64,000 nt of DNA, taken from an uncultured Pseudomonadota bacterium. GTDB lineage: Bacteria; Pseudomonadota; Gammaproteobacteria; Methylococcales; Methylomonadaceae. This document shows, piece by piece, positions 41,401 to 52,500 of the stretch; position 1 is the first letter of the stretch, and each line of letters opens with the position of its first letter. Position numbers and translations under genes: made by a program. The stretch spans positions 6,875 through 70,874 of the forward strand of contig CAIXED010000071.1 of the NCBI GenBank assembly GCA_903918375.1, written 5' to 3'. Under the pieces are notes generated by a model that was given only the letters and a program-made list of their open reading frames with translations, made no database searches and was not told the origin of the DNA.

Positions 41401-42594
41401 TTAGCGTCCTCTCACATCGCGTTCACGGCTGGTTGCGCGTGAATCGGCTTTGGTTTCTTTTACCGGTGGCGTCGAAACGGGGGCAACCGGTTCGTGGCTA
41501 GGCGCGGCAGGTAAAGCTTCTGCTGCTTTGGCGTTAAGTTTGTCCAGCGGCAAATACATGACGTTATTACCACCTTTTACATCAACCAAAACATTGTTGG
41601 TATGATCAAGCACCGATTCCATTGCTTCGATATACATCCGTTGCTTGGTAACCGCAGGGGCTTTTTTGTATTCGGTTAGCAATTGTGCAAAACGACTGGA
41701 ATCACCATTGGTTTGAGCAATGACTTTTTCTTTATAAGCTTCGGCTTCTTGAACAATTCGAGAAGCGGCGCCGCGTGATTTTGGTACTACGTCGTTTGAA
41801 TAAGCTTCAGCTTCGTTAATTAAGCGTTGTTTATCTTCACGGGCTTTAATCGCATCTTCAAACGAGCCTTGCACTTGCTCAGGTGGCTGAGCATCTTGCA
41901 AATTAACGCTGGTGATTAGAATGCCGGTTTTGTAAGCATCCATCACTGATTGAATTTCAGCTTTAATCGCGGCAACGATTTCGGTACGACCTTCGGTTAA
42001 AACAAAATCCATATCGCTACGACCAATCACGCCGCGTTCGACGCTTTCGGTAACTTGTTTTAAGGTCGAGGCAGGATCTAAAACATTAAAGGCGTAATCT
42101 TTAGCGTCTTTAACTTGATATTGAACGGCTAAGCGAACATCAACGATGTTTTCATCACGGGTCAACATCATCGCTTCTTTTGGCACAGACCCCATGCCTT
42201 GACCGCCACCGGAACGATAACCAACTTCGATAAAGCGTTGTTGCTCAACGTTGATAACTTGGACTTGATCAATCGGAGTTGGGAGGTGCCAGTTTAAGCC
42301 TGGTTGGGTGGTGTTGACATAAGCACCGAGTCGAGTCACCACGCCGCGAGTACCTTCATCGACAGTGTAAAAACCACTCAAGCTCCATAATACTGCGGCA
42401 CCTGCTACTACCAAGCCAAGACCTTTAGCAGAAGAACCGTTGTTTTGAGAGTTGTTATCAGAACCGCCGCCAAAAATGCCGCCTAATTTTTCTTGTAAAG
42501 AACGCATTACCTCGTCCAAATCAGGAGGGGTGTTGGGTTCATTACGACCACTCCAAGGGTCTTTTTTGTCTCCGCCAGGCTCATTCCAAGACAT
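41401..42594 (-). CDS. hflK: FtsH protease modulator HflK
   Basis: MSWNEPG...DPW...PPDLDE; SPFH domain. Confidence 0.97.
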   Translation of the reverse strand: MSWNEPGGDKKDPWSGRNEPNTPPDLDEVMRSLQEKLGGIFGGGSDNNSQNNGSSAKGLGLVVAGAAVLWSLSGFYTVDEGTRGVVTRLGAYVNTTQPGLNWHLPTPIDQVQVINVEQQRFIEVGYRSGGGQGMGSVPKEAMMLTRDENIVDVRLAVQYQVKDAKDYAFNVLDPASTLKQVTESVERGVIGRSDMDFVLTEGRTEIVAAIKAEIQSVMDAYKTGILITSVNLQDAQPPEQVQGSFEDAIKAREDKQRLINEAEAYSNDVVPKSRGAASRIVQEAEAYKEKVIAQTNGDSSRFAQLLTEYKKAPAVTKQRMYIEAMESVLDHTNNVLVDVKGGNNVMYLPLDKLNAKAAEALPAAPSHEPVAPVSTPPVKETKADSRATSRERDVRGR

Positions 42595-42779
42595 ACAGGG
42601 TTACTCCAAAATGGATTTGAAAACGCTATTTAGTCGCTAAAAACGACTTTTGGTCATCGCGTTCGGCTGTGTAAGTTTGCAAACTGCAAAATTAGACAGG
42701 TCGAAAAACCGCTTATTCTACCGTAAATTAACTAATGCCGAGCAAATAACTGGGTATTTGGGGCTACGACAAATCATGA

Positions 42780-44045
42780 TTATTCGACTGCTTCGGTTTT
42801 AATATCTTTCAACAAGCCAAGGTATTTTTGGTCGATTTCCAAAGTTAATTGGCAATTGCCGTGATCGTCGATGATTTCGTCGATAATTCGTACAAAAGCA
42901 AACCATTTACTTTTCATGCCCATTTGACTGGCCGGTAGGTAACATTTGCGAATCACTTTGCTACTGGCGAACAATTGGCCTAAAGCCTGTTGTAATAACT
43001 CACAGCCTAAACCTTGTTGTGCCGAAATCCAAACTGCTACCGGTTTACCATCGCCATCATAATCAATATGAGGGTTGACGCTATCGAGCAGGTCGATTTT
43101 GTTAAATACTTTTAACTGTGGGATTTTGCCGGCGTCAATATCATCCAGAACTTGATTGACGTGGAAAATGGTTTCTTCTCGATCTTCTGCTGCCGCGTCA
43201 ATCACATGCAGTAATAAATCCGCCTCGCTGGCTTCTTGTAAGGTTGAGCGAAAGGCTGCGACTAATTCATGTGGCAAATGGCGGATAAAGCCAACCGTGT
43301 CAGCCAAAATAATTTCACTGCCATTGTTAAGCGGCAATTGCCGTAAAGTCGGGTCTAAAGTCGCAAATAATTGATCGGCGGCATAAATATCAGCGCCGGT
43401 TAAGCTATTAAATAATGTCGATTTACCGGCATTGGTATAACCAACTAATGAAACTGCAGGAATTTCGGCTTTTTTGCGCTTGCTACGACCTTGGTGGCGT
43501 TGTTTTTGGACTTTGTCTAAACGCTGTTGAATTTGTTTGATGCGAACCGCAAGCAATCGGCGGTCGGTTTCCAGCTGAGTTTCACCCGGGCCGCGCATCC
43601 CAATCCCGCCTTTTTGACGTTCTAAATGGGTCCAACCGCGAATCAAGCGGGTTGATAAATGTTTTAACTGCGCCAATTCAACCTGCAATTTACCTTCAAA
43701 AGTTTGTGCGCGTTGGGCGAAAATATCCAGAATCAGGCCGTTTCTATCAACGACTCGCACCTCAAGGGCTTTTTCTAAATTACGCTCTTGGCTAGGTGAT
43801 AGTGGGTGATTGACGATGACAATATCGGCTTGCTGTTCCTGAATCGCGAATTTGATTTCTTCGAGTTTGCCAGTGCCGACAAAGTATTTGGGATCAGGTC
43901 GATGACGACTGCCTGTGATGACATGAATCGGTTGAGCACCGGCTGATTTGGTGAGTTCTTTCAGTTCGTCAAGATCTTCTTGACCGATTTGCAAAGTCAG
44001 GTGAACGAGAATGGCTCGCTCACCTGCATCGGGGCGTTCAAACAA
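42780..44045 (-). CDS. hflX: Ribosome-rescue GTPase HflX
   Basis: GPGETQLETDRR, GYTNAGKSTLFN, DTVGFI, NKID. Confidence 0.98.
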   Translation of the reverse strand: MFERPDAGERAILVHLTLQIGQEDLDELKELTKSAGAQPIHVITGSRHRPDPKYFVGTGKLEEIKFAIQEQQADIVIVNHPLSPSQERNLEKALEVRVVDRNGLILDIFAQRAQTFEGKLQVELAQLKHLSTRLIRGWTHLERQKGGIGMRGPGETQLETDRRLLAVRIKQIQQRLDKVQKQRHQGRSKRKKAEIPAVSLVGYTNAGKSTLFNSLTGADIYAADQLFATLDPTLRQLPLNNGSEIILADTVGFIRHLPHELVAAFRSTLQEASEADLLLHVIDAAAEDREETIFHVNQVLDDIDAGKIPQLKVFNKIDLLDSVNPHIDYDGDGKPVAVWISAQQGLGCELLQQALGQLFASSKVIRKCYLPASQMGMKSKWFAFVRIIDEIIDDHGNCQLTLEIDQKYLGLLKDIKTEAVE

Positions 44046-44055
44046 AAGCTACCCC

Positions 44056-44301
44056 TTAATTACCGTCAGTCGTTGTGTCTGGTTCGCGGCTTAAATTGAC
44101 GTTTTTACCCGGAACGATAGTGGAGATGGCGTGTTTATAAACCATTTGATTAACTGTGTTTTTCAGCATCACTACATATTGATCAAAAGAATCGACTCGA
44201 CCTTGTAGTTTTATACCGTTAACCAAAAAGATTGATACAGGTGTGTGCTCTTTTCTGAGCGCATTCAAAAAATTATCCTGTAAATTTTGGGCTTTTGACA
44301 T
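44056..44301 (-). CDS. hfq: RNA chaperone Hfq
   Basis: [12 protein letters not shown]...[10 protein letters not shown]...[14 protein letters not shown] at 44301. Confidence 0.98.
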   Translation of the reverse strand: MSKAQNLQDNFLNALRKEHTPVSIFLVNGIKLQGRVDSFDQYVVMLKNTVNQMVYKHAISTIVPGKNVNLSREPDTTTDGN

Positions 44302-44444
44302 CCGATTCTCCTTATTATTGTTTGGCTGCACTTATACATTACCCGCTATATCCCTGTAATTCAACATTTAGGATTGATGCGGTTTTAAACTGATTCAGAA
44401 TTTGGGACTGTAATTCTGTATTTCAAGTTCAATTTGAATGTTTA

Positions 44445-44477
44445 AAGTGTTGTGCTTTTGAAAACAGCACAACACTT
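44445..44477. terminator. Hairpin downstream of ettA
   Basis: AAGTGTTGTGCT / AGCACAACACTT 12-bp stem. Confidence 0.6.
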
Positions 44478-44491
44478 CAATTCAGGCTAAA

Positions 44492-46156
44492 TTAGCTGAT
44501 TTTTTTGTACTTGATGCGATGTGGTGTATCGGCATCAATCCCTAAGCGACGATGACGGTCAGCTTCATAATCGGCATAGTTGCCTTCAAACCAGACCACT
44601 TCACTATCCCCTTCAAACGCCAGAATATGGGTGGCGATACGGTCTAAGAACCAACGATCATGCGAAATCACCACCGCGCAACCTGGGAAAGCCAACAAAG
44701 CTTCTTCCAAGGCGCGTAAGGTTTCAACGTCAAGGTCGTTGGTTGGTTCGTCAAGTAACAACAAGTTGCCACCGCTTTTTAGCAGCTTGGCTAAATGGAC
44801 ACGATTACGTTCACCGCCCGATAACTCGCCAATCCGTTTTTGTTGGTCACCGCCTTTAAAATTAAAGCGACCAACGTAAGCGCGAGAAGGGGTTTCGTAT
44901 TTGCCAACTGTAATCACATCTAAACCATCAGAAATTTCTTCCCAAACGGTTTTTTTGTCATCCATGTCATCACGCAACTGATCCACATACGACAATTGCA
45001 CGGTTTGACCAATAGTAATCTCGCCGCCATCCGGTTTTTCAAAGCCAGCCATCATGCGGAACAGGGTGGTTTTACCGGCACCGTTAGGACCGATAATGCC
45101 AACAATGCCGCCCGGTGGTAATTTGAAGCTCAGATCGTTAATCAATAAACGGTCGCCAAAGCCTTTACTGATGTTGTTCGCATCAATCACCACGTCGCCA
45201 AGGCGAGGTCCGGGTGGAATATAGATTTCTTGGGTTTCATTACGTTTTTGAACATCAACCGATGATAATTCTTCAAAACGTGCCAAACGCGATTTGCTTT
45301 TGGCATGGCGGCCTTTCGGATTGGAACGCACCCACTCCAACTCGGCTTGCATGGCTTTTTGGCGAGAGGTTTCTTGTTTTTCTTCCAATGCCAATCGTTT
45401 TTCTTTTTGCTCTAACCAAGAAGAATAATTACCTTCCCAAGGAATCCCCATGCCGCGATCAAGCTCTAAAATCCAGCCAGCCACGTTATCAAGGAAGTAA
45501 CGATCATGGGTTACCGCAACCACGGTGCCAGTGTAGTCGTGCAGGAAGCGTTCCAACCATGCCACCGATTCAGCGTCTAAATGGTTAGTCGGTTCGTCAA
45601 GCAATAGCATGTCGGGTTTAGACAGCAATAAACGGCATAAAGCCACACGGCGTTTTTCACCACCGGATAACTTAGTCACGTCGGCATCCCAATCCGGTAA
45701 ACGCAAAGCATCGGCAGCGATTTCTAAAGTACGGTCTAAATTGTGACCGTCGCAAGCGTTGATAATGTCTTCTAAGCGCGCTTGTTCAGCAGCTAAGGCA
45801 TCAAAATCAGCATCCGGCAAAGCGTATGCGGCATAGACTTCATCTAATTTGGTTAGGGCTTCTTTGATACCGGCAACCGCTTCTTCAATGTTGCCACGCA
45901 CGGTTTTGTTTGGATCAAGCTGAGGTTCTTGTGACAGATAACCGATATTGATGCCTTTTAGCGGCACCGCTTCGCCTTCGATTTCTTTATCAATCCCCGC
46001 CATAATCCGCAGCAAAGTTGATTTACCTGAACCGTTTAAACCCAATACGCCAATTTTTGCGCCGGGAAAAAACGATAGCGAAATGTCTTTAAGGATGTGT
46101 TTTTTGGGCGGTACGATTTTACCGACCCTGTGCATGGAGAAAATATATTGCGCCAT
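44492..46156 (-). CDS. ettA: Energy-dependent translational throttle ABC-F protein EttA
   Basis: MAQYIFSM...ISLSFFPGAKIGVLGLNGSGKS; two ABC domains; ELEWVRSNPKGR. Confidence 0.97.
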   Translation of the reverse strand: MAQYIFSMHRVGKIVPPKKHILKDISLSFFPGAKIGVLGLNGSGKSTLLRIMAGIDKEIEGEAVPLKGINIGYLSQEPQLDPNKTVRGNIEEAVAGIKEALTKLDEVYAAYALPDADFDALAAEQARLEDIINACDGHNLDRTLEIAADALRLPDWDADVTKLSGGEKRRVALCRLLLSKPDMLLLDEPTNHLDAESVAWLERFLHDYTGTVVAVTHDRYFLDNVAGWILELDRGMGIPWEGNYSSWLEQKEKRLALEEKQETSRQKAMQAELEWVRSNPKGRHAKSKSRLARFEELSSVDVQKRNETQEIYIPPGPRLGDVVIDANNISKGFGDRLLINDLSFKLPPGGIVGIIGPNGAGKTTLFRMMAGFEKPDGGEITIGQTVQLSYVDQLRDDMDDKKTVWEEISDGLDVITVGKYETPSRAYVGRFNFKGGDQQKRIGELSGGERNRVHLAKLLKSGGNLLLLDEPTNDLDVETLRALEEALLAFPGCAVVISHDRWFLDRIATHILAFEGDSEVVWFEGNYADYEADRHRRLGIDADTPHRIKYKKIS

Positions 46157-46226
46157 TTGGATTGCTGCTAAAAAATCAAAAATGGCATTATACCGTGGCA
46201 ATCGGGATTTTTAAGGGGCTTTATCT

Positions 46227-46898
46227 GTGAACGGCAATAGTGACGCGGTTTTTATTGATATTCATTGTCATCATTCATCTAATCAGGCCGCTTTAGCCTT
46301 GATCAGTTTTGATGTCAGCGAGTTTGATCAGCAGTTAGCTGAAAAACAGTTTTACAGTCTGGGTTTACATCCGTGGTTTATTGAACAGCAAGATTGGCAG
46401 GCCGAATTGCAAGCCATGGTTAATCATCGCAATTTGCTGGCCATTGGCGAGTGTGGCTTAGATAAAGCGATCAGCACACCATTAGCCGAACAACTAACTG
46501 TATTTGAACAACAAATCCAACTGGCTAAACAATGGAACAAGCCCTTAATCATCCATTGTGTTCGGGCTTTTAATGAGTTAATTCAGCTCAAACAAGCCAA
46601 TCCTGATCTAAAAGCCTGGATTATTCACGGCTACAACGCCAAACCGCCAATGGCGCAACAACTCATCAAACACGGTTTTTACTTATCACTCGGCAAAGCC
46701 TTGTTAACTGAAAATAGCAATGCCCAACAAAGCTTGTTATCGCTACCATTGGAGCGTTTATTTTTAGAAACCGACGCCGCCAACGATATAAGCATTAGCG
46801 CTATCTACGCTGCTGCGGCTAAAATTGTCGAAATCGATGTTTCGACATTAAAACTACAAATCTTGGCTAATTTTCAAAGAGTATTTCTGCATGACTGA
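46227..46898 (+). CDS. TatD family hydrolase
   Basis: IDIHCH, GLHPW, AIGECGLD, IIHCVRA, IIHG, LETD. Confidence 0.92.
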   Translation: MNGNSDAVFIDIHCHHSSNQAALALISFDVSEFDQQLAEKQFYSLGLHPWFIEQQDWQAELQAMVNHRNLLAIGECGLDKAISTPLAEQLTVFEQQIQLAKQWNKPLIIHCVRAFNELIQLKQANPDLKAWIIHGYNAKPPMAQQLIKHGFYLSLGKALLTENSNAQQSLLSLPLERLFLETDAANDISISAIYAAAAKIVEIDVSTLKLQILANFQRVFLHD

Positions 46899-47631
46899 TT
46901 TAAGCTGGTTATCTCGTACCGAACTGTTAGTCGGTAAAGCTAAACTCGACAAACTACAAAACTCGCATGTTTTGGTGGTGGGGATGGGCGGTGTTGGCTC
47001 GTTTGCGGCTGAGTTTATTTGTCGTGCTGGGGTAGGGCAGATGACGATAGTTGATGGTGATGTGGTCGATCCCAGCAATCGCAACCGCCAATTACCGGCT
47101 TTAGCAACCACCCACGGCCAATCAAAAGCCGATGTGATGGGGGCTAGATTGCTGTCGATTAACCCCGATTTAAAACTGCATATTCGCCACGAATTCATTA
47201 CCCCCGACACCGCCGCCGATTTACTCAGTCAACATTATGATTACGTCGTCGATGCCATTGACAGCTTAACCCCCAAAATTCATTTAATCCGCGCTGCTAA
47301 AACCCGCAAAATGAAAATCATCAGCTCAATGGGCGCGGGCGGTAAGTTAGATCCAACCCAATTAAAAGTGGTGGATATTTCTAAAACCTATAACTGTCCT
47401 TTTGCCCAATTTATTCGCCAGCGTTTGCGTAAACAGGGGATTAGTCGCGGCTTAAAAGTGGTGTTTTCACCCGAAGTAGTGGTTAAGGAATCATTGATGT
47501 ACACCGATGGTAGCAATTACAAAAAATCCGCTTACGGCACCGTGTCCTACTTGCCAGCGGCATTTGGCGGTGTTTGTTCATCAGTTGTGATTCGGCATTT
47601 AATCGCTGAAGTCGATAAACAACAAAATTAA
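46891..47631 (+). CDS. tcdA: tRNA threonylcarbamoyladenosine dehydratase (ThiF-like)
   Basis: GMGGVGSFAAE, SNRNRQLPA, SSMGAGGKLDP, VVFSPE. Confidence 0.9.
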   Translation: MTDLSWLSRTELLVGKAKLDKLQNSHVLVVGMGGVGSFAAEFICRAGVGQMTIVDGDVVDPSNRNRQLPALATTHGQSKADVMGARLLSINPDLKLHIRHEFITPDTAADLLSQHYDYVVDAIDSLTPKIHLIRAAKTRKMKIISSMGAGGKLDPTQLKVVDISKTYNCPFAQFIRQRLRKQGISRGLKVVFSPEVVVKESLMYTDGSNYKKSAYGTVSYLPAAFGGVCSSVVIRHLIAEVDKQQN

Positions 47632-47635
47632 GCCT

Positions 47636-48022
47636 ATGTCAGAAATTATTTTGCAAAAAAGCAGTCGCTTACAAGCGATGCGCGCTGCGGCAATGGGGGC
47701 TCAGCCAGAAGTGGCACCTGTAAAACTAGCACCAAAGCCAGCGGATCATGACAAAAAATTCAGTCCCGAATTATTACTGGCTCGGCAATTAATTGATCAG
47801 CGCTTAGCCGAACTATTAGCAAACTTGCCCGTCGGTAAGCAGCAAGGCTTATTTAAAATTCGTTTTGGCATGACGCCTGAACAAATCAAACAGCTGACGC
47901 TAAAACAAATCTTCAGCAAACTGGCGATTAATCCAGCCCAAATCAAGCAATTAAGCACAAACCCTCAGTCGATTTGGGAACTGAATTATAATGGCGAGCA
48001 ATCCACTCATTCAGCTGACTAA
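47636..48022 (+). CDS. Hypothetical protein, possible degenerate sigma70 region 4-like HTH
   Basis: 128-aa ORF in an operon-like position; LANLPVGKQQGLFKIRFGM...TLKQIFSKLAINPAQIKQL. Confidence 0.6.
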   Translation: MSEIILQKSSRLQAMRAAAMGAQPEVAPVKLAPKPADHDKKFSPELLLARQLIDQRLAELLANLPVGKQQGLFKIRFGMTPEQIKQLTLKQIFSKLAINPAQIKQLSTNPQSIWELNYNGEQSTHSAD

Positions 48023-48049
48023 TAACTGTCAGCCTTTTTATCAAAAATC

Positions 48050-48970
48050 ATGCATTACACATTAGAACCCAACCAAGATTATCGCGACCAAAGCCTACGC
48101 CAAGACGCCGAACTTTCTTCAGCCGAACTTCAAGCCGATGCCGCCAAACATTACGATGATTGCTATCGCGATTATTTAGTCGCTTGGTGTAACCGCGATA
48201 ACTTAGCCCTGCATTACGGCTATTGGGATCAAGCCACGCCTTACAATCAACACCAAGCCTTGCTCAACAAAAACCAAATTTTGTACGAAAAAGCCGGTAT
48301 TAAAGCGACAGATAAAGTCTTGGATGCAGGTTGTGGTATCGGTGGTAGCACGATCTGGATGGCAAAAAATCACGGCAATACCGTCACAGGTATCACCATC
48401 AGCGCTCAACAAGCTCAATATGCCGCCCAACATGCTCAACGTCATGGTGTTAGTGAATTGGTGAATTTTGAAGTTGCCGATTTTTGCGCGACACCGTTTG
48501 CTGATGAATCGTTTGATGTGGTTTGGGCGCTAGAAAGCTCATGCCATGCCTTAAACAAAGGCGATTTTCTCCGTGAAGCATTTCGGGTCTTGCGTAAAGG
48601 TGGACGCTTAGTAGTTTGTGATGGTTTTGTCCTGCAACGCCAATTCGACCAACGCCAATGGCAAGCAGTAGTCACTTGCTTGAACGGTTGGGCGGTGCCT
48701 AATTTATGCGGTCGCGATGAGTTTTTTCACTTATTGCAACAACAAGGTTTTAACAACGCCCAATGCCACGACATTACAGCGCAAACCCTGCCATCGGCTG
48801 ATTACATGTACAAAGTCGCTAAACGCTTGCAGCCGGTACAAAAAATTAGTCAATGGCTAGGTTTAAGAACCAAAGCTCAAACCGCAAATTACTTGGTGGG
48901 ATTAGCTCAGCATGTGTTATTTAGCGAAAAACTCACCGAATATTGTATTTTTACAGCGGAAAAGAACTGA
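48050..48970 (+). CDS. Class I SAM-dependent methyltransferase, sterol/tocopherol C-methyltransferase-like
   Basis: LHYGYWD, VLDAGCGIGG, PFADESFDVVWALESSCHA, EAFRVLRKGG. Confidence 0.88.
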   Translation: MHYTLEPNQDYRDQSLRQDAELSSAELQADAAKHYDDCYRDYLVAWCNRDNLALHYGYWDQATPYNQHQALLNKNQILYEKAGIKATDKVLDAGCGIGGSTIWMAKNHGNTVTGITISAQQAQYAAQHAQRHGVSELVNFEVADFCATPFADESFDVVWALESSCHALNKGDFLREAFRVLRKGGRLVVCDGFVLQRQFDQRQWQAVVTCLNGWAVPNLCGRDEFFHLLQQQGFNNAQCHDITAQTLPSADYMYKVAKRLQPVQKISQWLGLRTKAQTANYLVGLAQHVLFSEKLTEYCIFTAEKN

Positions 48971-48980
48971 TCGTCTTCCT

Positions 48981-49358
48981 ATGAAATTGTCTTTAATTAA
49001 ATCGATAGTACTTGTTTTGCCATTTAGCTTTTTGTTGGGCTGTGCTTCTGCGCCGGTTAATAGCGGTCACGACAGTTTTGCTGATTATGCTGAGTCGGTA
49101 TTTCGGCGCCAAAATCAATTAAGTAGTCGGTTGATGATGTTGAATGACGATGCTGATGAAGATAATGACGTGTTTGATGTCGCTGATCAGGAAATGCGTG
49201 ACGCCTGTCATTTACTAAATGAATATGCGGAACGAGAAATTAGCGGTGAAAGTATGGGGTGGCGGTTTAAATCTAAGGTTCAGGATAGTATTGAAGGGTG
49301 TGATAAGAGCGTGCAGCGGATGGAAGTTTTGTTTGAAAATAGTGTCAAAGCGCATTAA
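48981..49358 (+). CDS. Hypothetical lipoprotein
   Basis: ATG at 48981; signal peptide with LLGC lipobox. Confidence 0.7.
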   Translation: MKLSLIKSIVLVLPFSFLLGCASAPVNSGHDSFADYAESVFRRQNQLSSRLMMLNDDADEDNDVFDVADQEMRDACHLLNEYAEREISGESMGWRFKSKVQDSIEGCDKSVQRMEVLFENSVKAH

Positions 49359-49452
49359 TCAAGATTTACCGTCCCTATGTTCCCTACACTGGTTACTAAC
49401 CAGTGCAAATTCGGTTGCAGGTGAGCAGTCGAGCTATGAATGGAATTAATCT

Positions 49453-49488
49453 CTTGCCCCGTCCTTCGACAATAGGACGAAGGGCAAG
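49453..49488. terminator. Hairpin between the convergent lipoprotein gene and mfd
   Basis: CTTGCCC-CGTCCT...AGGACG-AA-GGGCAAG. Confidence 0.45.
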
Positions 49489-49547
49489 GGGGATTCCAAA
49501 CTGACCTATGGTTCTAAACAGTCTCTGAGCATCTTGAAAAATCCAGA

Positions 49548-52500
49548 TTAGGCTGGATTTTTTAGTGTTAGTCGCAACAGCACTTTCTCCAAAAACGCCA
49601 CCTTCTGTTCCATATCCTCAAAATTTTGGGTAAACCTTAATTTATCTGCGCCATCAAATTTATAAACCTGCGCTTGGGTTTGAATCATCATAATCAATTC
49701 ACCGGTATCAATTTGCGGGGTTGAGGTAAAGATAATCCGGCCACCGGTTGCATGGGCTTCGAGTTTTTTAATACCTAAATGCGCGGCTTGTTGTTTTAAC
49801 TCGGTGACTGCAAACAGGGCTTTGGTTTGATCCGGCAATAAACCAAAACGGTCTATCATTTCGACTTTTAAGGCTCGTAAATCATCACTGGTTTCAGCGC
49901 TGGCGATGCGTTTGTACAACACCAAACGAGCGTGAATATCCGGCAGGTAATCTTCGGGAATCAAAGTAGCGGTTTGCAAATCGACTTCTGGGCCGTAATC
50001 AAACGGTGCATCGAGTTCTGGCTGTTTGCCAGATTGCAAAGCTTTTACCGCGCGTTCCAGCAATTCGGTGTACATGGTGAAGCCGATTTCCTGAATTTGA
50101 CCGCTTTGATCATCGCCCAGCAATTCACCGGCGCCACGAATTTCCATGTCATGTGATGACAACATAAAGCCTGCACCCAATTCGCCAGAGCTTTCAAACG
50201 CTTCTAAACGCTTAATCGCATCTTTCGACATCAAAGATTTAGGCGGCACCACGCAATAAGCATAAGCGCGATGATGCGAACGTCCGACACGACCGCGTAG
50301 CTGATGCAACTGCGCCAAGCCTAATTTGTCGGCACGATTGATGATGATGGTATTGGCGGTCGGTACGTCGATACCGCTTTCGATAATCGTGGTGCTGATT
50401 AAGACATTGAAACGCTGGTGATAAAAATCCAGCATGATTTGTTCCAGCTCGCGTTCAGCCATTTGTCCGTGAGCGATTTGCACTCGCGCTTCTGGCACCA
50501 AAGCTTCTAGCTCGCGGGCCATTTTATCCATGCCTTTAACATCGTTATGCAGGAAAAACACCTGGCCACCGCGTTTAATTTCCCGCTGGCAAGCTTCCTG
50601 AATTTGCGAATCTATCCACTCGGTAATGAAGGTTTTAATCGCATGACGATTCGGCGGCGGGGTGGCGATAATCGAAATATCGCGTAGTCCAGACATCGCC
50701 ATGTTTAAAGTGCGCGGAATCGGGGTGGCGGTTAAAGTCAGCAAATCCAGCTCGTGACGCAGTTTTTTGAAATGCTCTTTTTGCGCCACGCCAAACCGAT
50801 GTTCCTCGTCGATAATCACTAAACCCAGCGCTTTATATTCCATGTCTTTGGACAGCAATTTGTGAGTGCCGATTACCACATCGACTTTACCAGCGGCTAA
50901 ATCGTCGTTAATCGCTTTTTGCTGTTTCGGCGTTACAAACCGCGACATCACTTCAATCCGAATTGGCCAATCGGCAAAACGGTCACGGAAGTTTTGATAA
51001 TGTTGTTGGGCGAGGAGGGTAGTGGGCACCAAAACAGCCACTTGTTTGCCGCTTTGCACGGCGATAAATGCCGCCCGCATCGCGACTTCGGTTTTACCAA
51101 AGCCGACATCGCCGCAAACCACGCGATCCATCGGCTGCGGATTAGCCATGTCATGGATAATCGCTTCGATAGCGCTGGCTTGGTCTGGGGTTTCTTCAAA
51201 TGGAAACGCGGCGGCAAAGGCGTTGTATTCGGTGTTTTCGACATTAAAGGCAAAGCCCTGACGCGCCGCACGCTTGGCGTGAATGTCCAGCAATTCAGCG
51301 GCCACATCCCGCGCCCGTTCCATGGCTTTTTTCTTGGCCTTGCTCCATTGCTCGGTGCCTAATTTGTGCAGCGGTGCATTTTCAGCGCTGATGCCGCTGT
51401 AGCGACCGATTAAATGCAAGGATGAAACCGGCACATACAGCTTGTCGTTGTTGGCGTATTCCAGCATCAAAAATTCAGCTTCAAAACCACCGACATTGAG
51501 AGTCTGTAAACCTAAATAACGGCCAACACCGTGTTCTTGATGCACCACTGGCGAGCCGATAGTTAGCTCGTTAAGGTTGTTGAAAATGTTTTCTAATTCA
51601 CGCGCAGCCGATTTGCGGCGACGGCGACGTTGCTGGACTTTTTCGCCATTTAACTGGCTTTCGGTAATGATGGCTAACGGCGGCTTGTCTAGCCATAAAC
51701 CGTGATCCAGCGGTGCAACCACGATAGATAATTTGTCATCGGAAGCTAAAAACTCCGGCCAATTTTGAACTTGTTTAGGCTTGATCTTGACCGCTTTCAG
51801 TTTTTCTAAAATCCCTTCACGATGGCCGGCGGTTTCAGCGATTAACAGGATTTTGCCATCGGCAGTTTCGATAAACTGGCGTAGCTTTTGTGCGGGTTCT
51901 TTTAAGCGGTTATCAATGGCGATTTCCGGTAAGGCTTGGCATTGAAACGGAAAACCGAGCTCGGCTTGGTTGTCCAACACAATCTGAGCAAATTTCTGGC
52001 TGTCTGCTAACAAATCATCAGCGCTCAAAAATAATTGAGTTGGCGGCAATAACGGTCTATCGACGGCGTATTTGCGTTGTTGATAACGCTGTTCGGCTTC
52101 GTCATAAAAGCGCTGGGCGGTGTCGGCAAAATCGCTAGGCACCACAAACACGGCATTTTTCGGCAAATAAGCGAATAAGGATTCGGTTTTATCAACGAAT
52201 AACGGCAGGTAATACTCAATCCCTGCTGGTGCGATGTGTTTGGAAACGTCTAAATACAGCGTGTTTTTCGGTGAAGATTCGGGGAATTGTTCGCGAAACG
52301 CTTGGCGAAAATGCTTGATAGCCTCGTCGGTAAATGGGAATTCACGGGCTGGGAATAGCTCGAATTTATCCATTTTTTGCTGTGACATTTGGCTGTCGGG
52401 GTCGAAGCTGCGAATTGATTCAACTTCATCATCAAACAACTCAATCCGATACGGTTGCTTACTGCCCATTGGGAACAGGTCGATAATCGAGCCGCGCACC

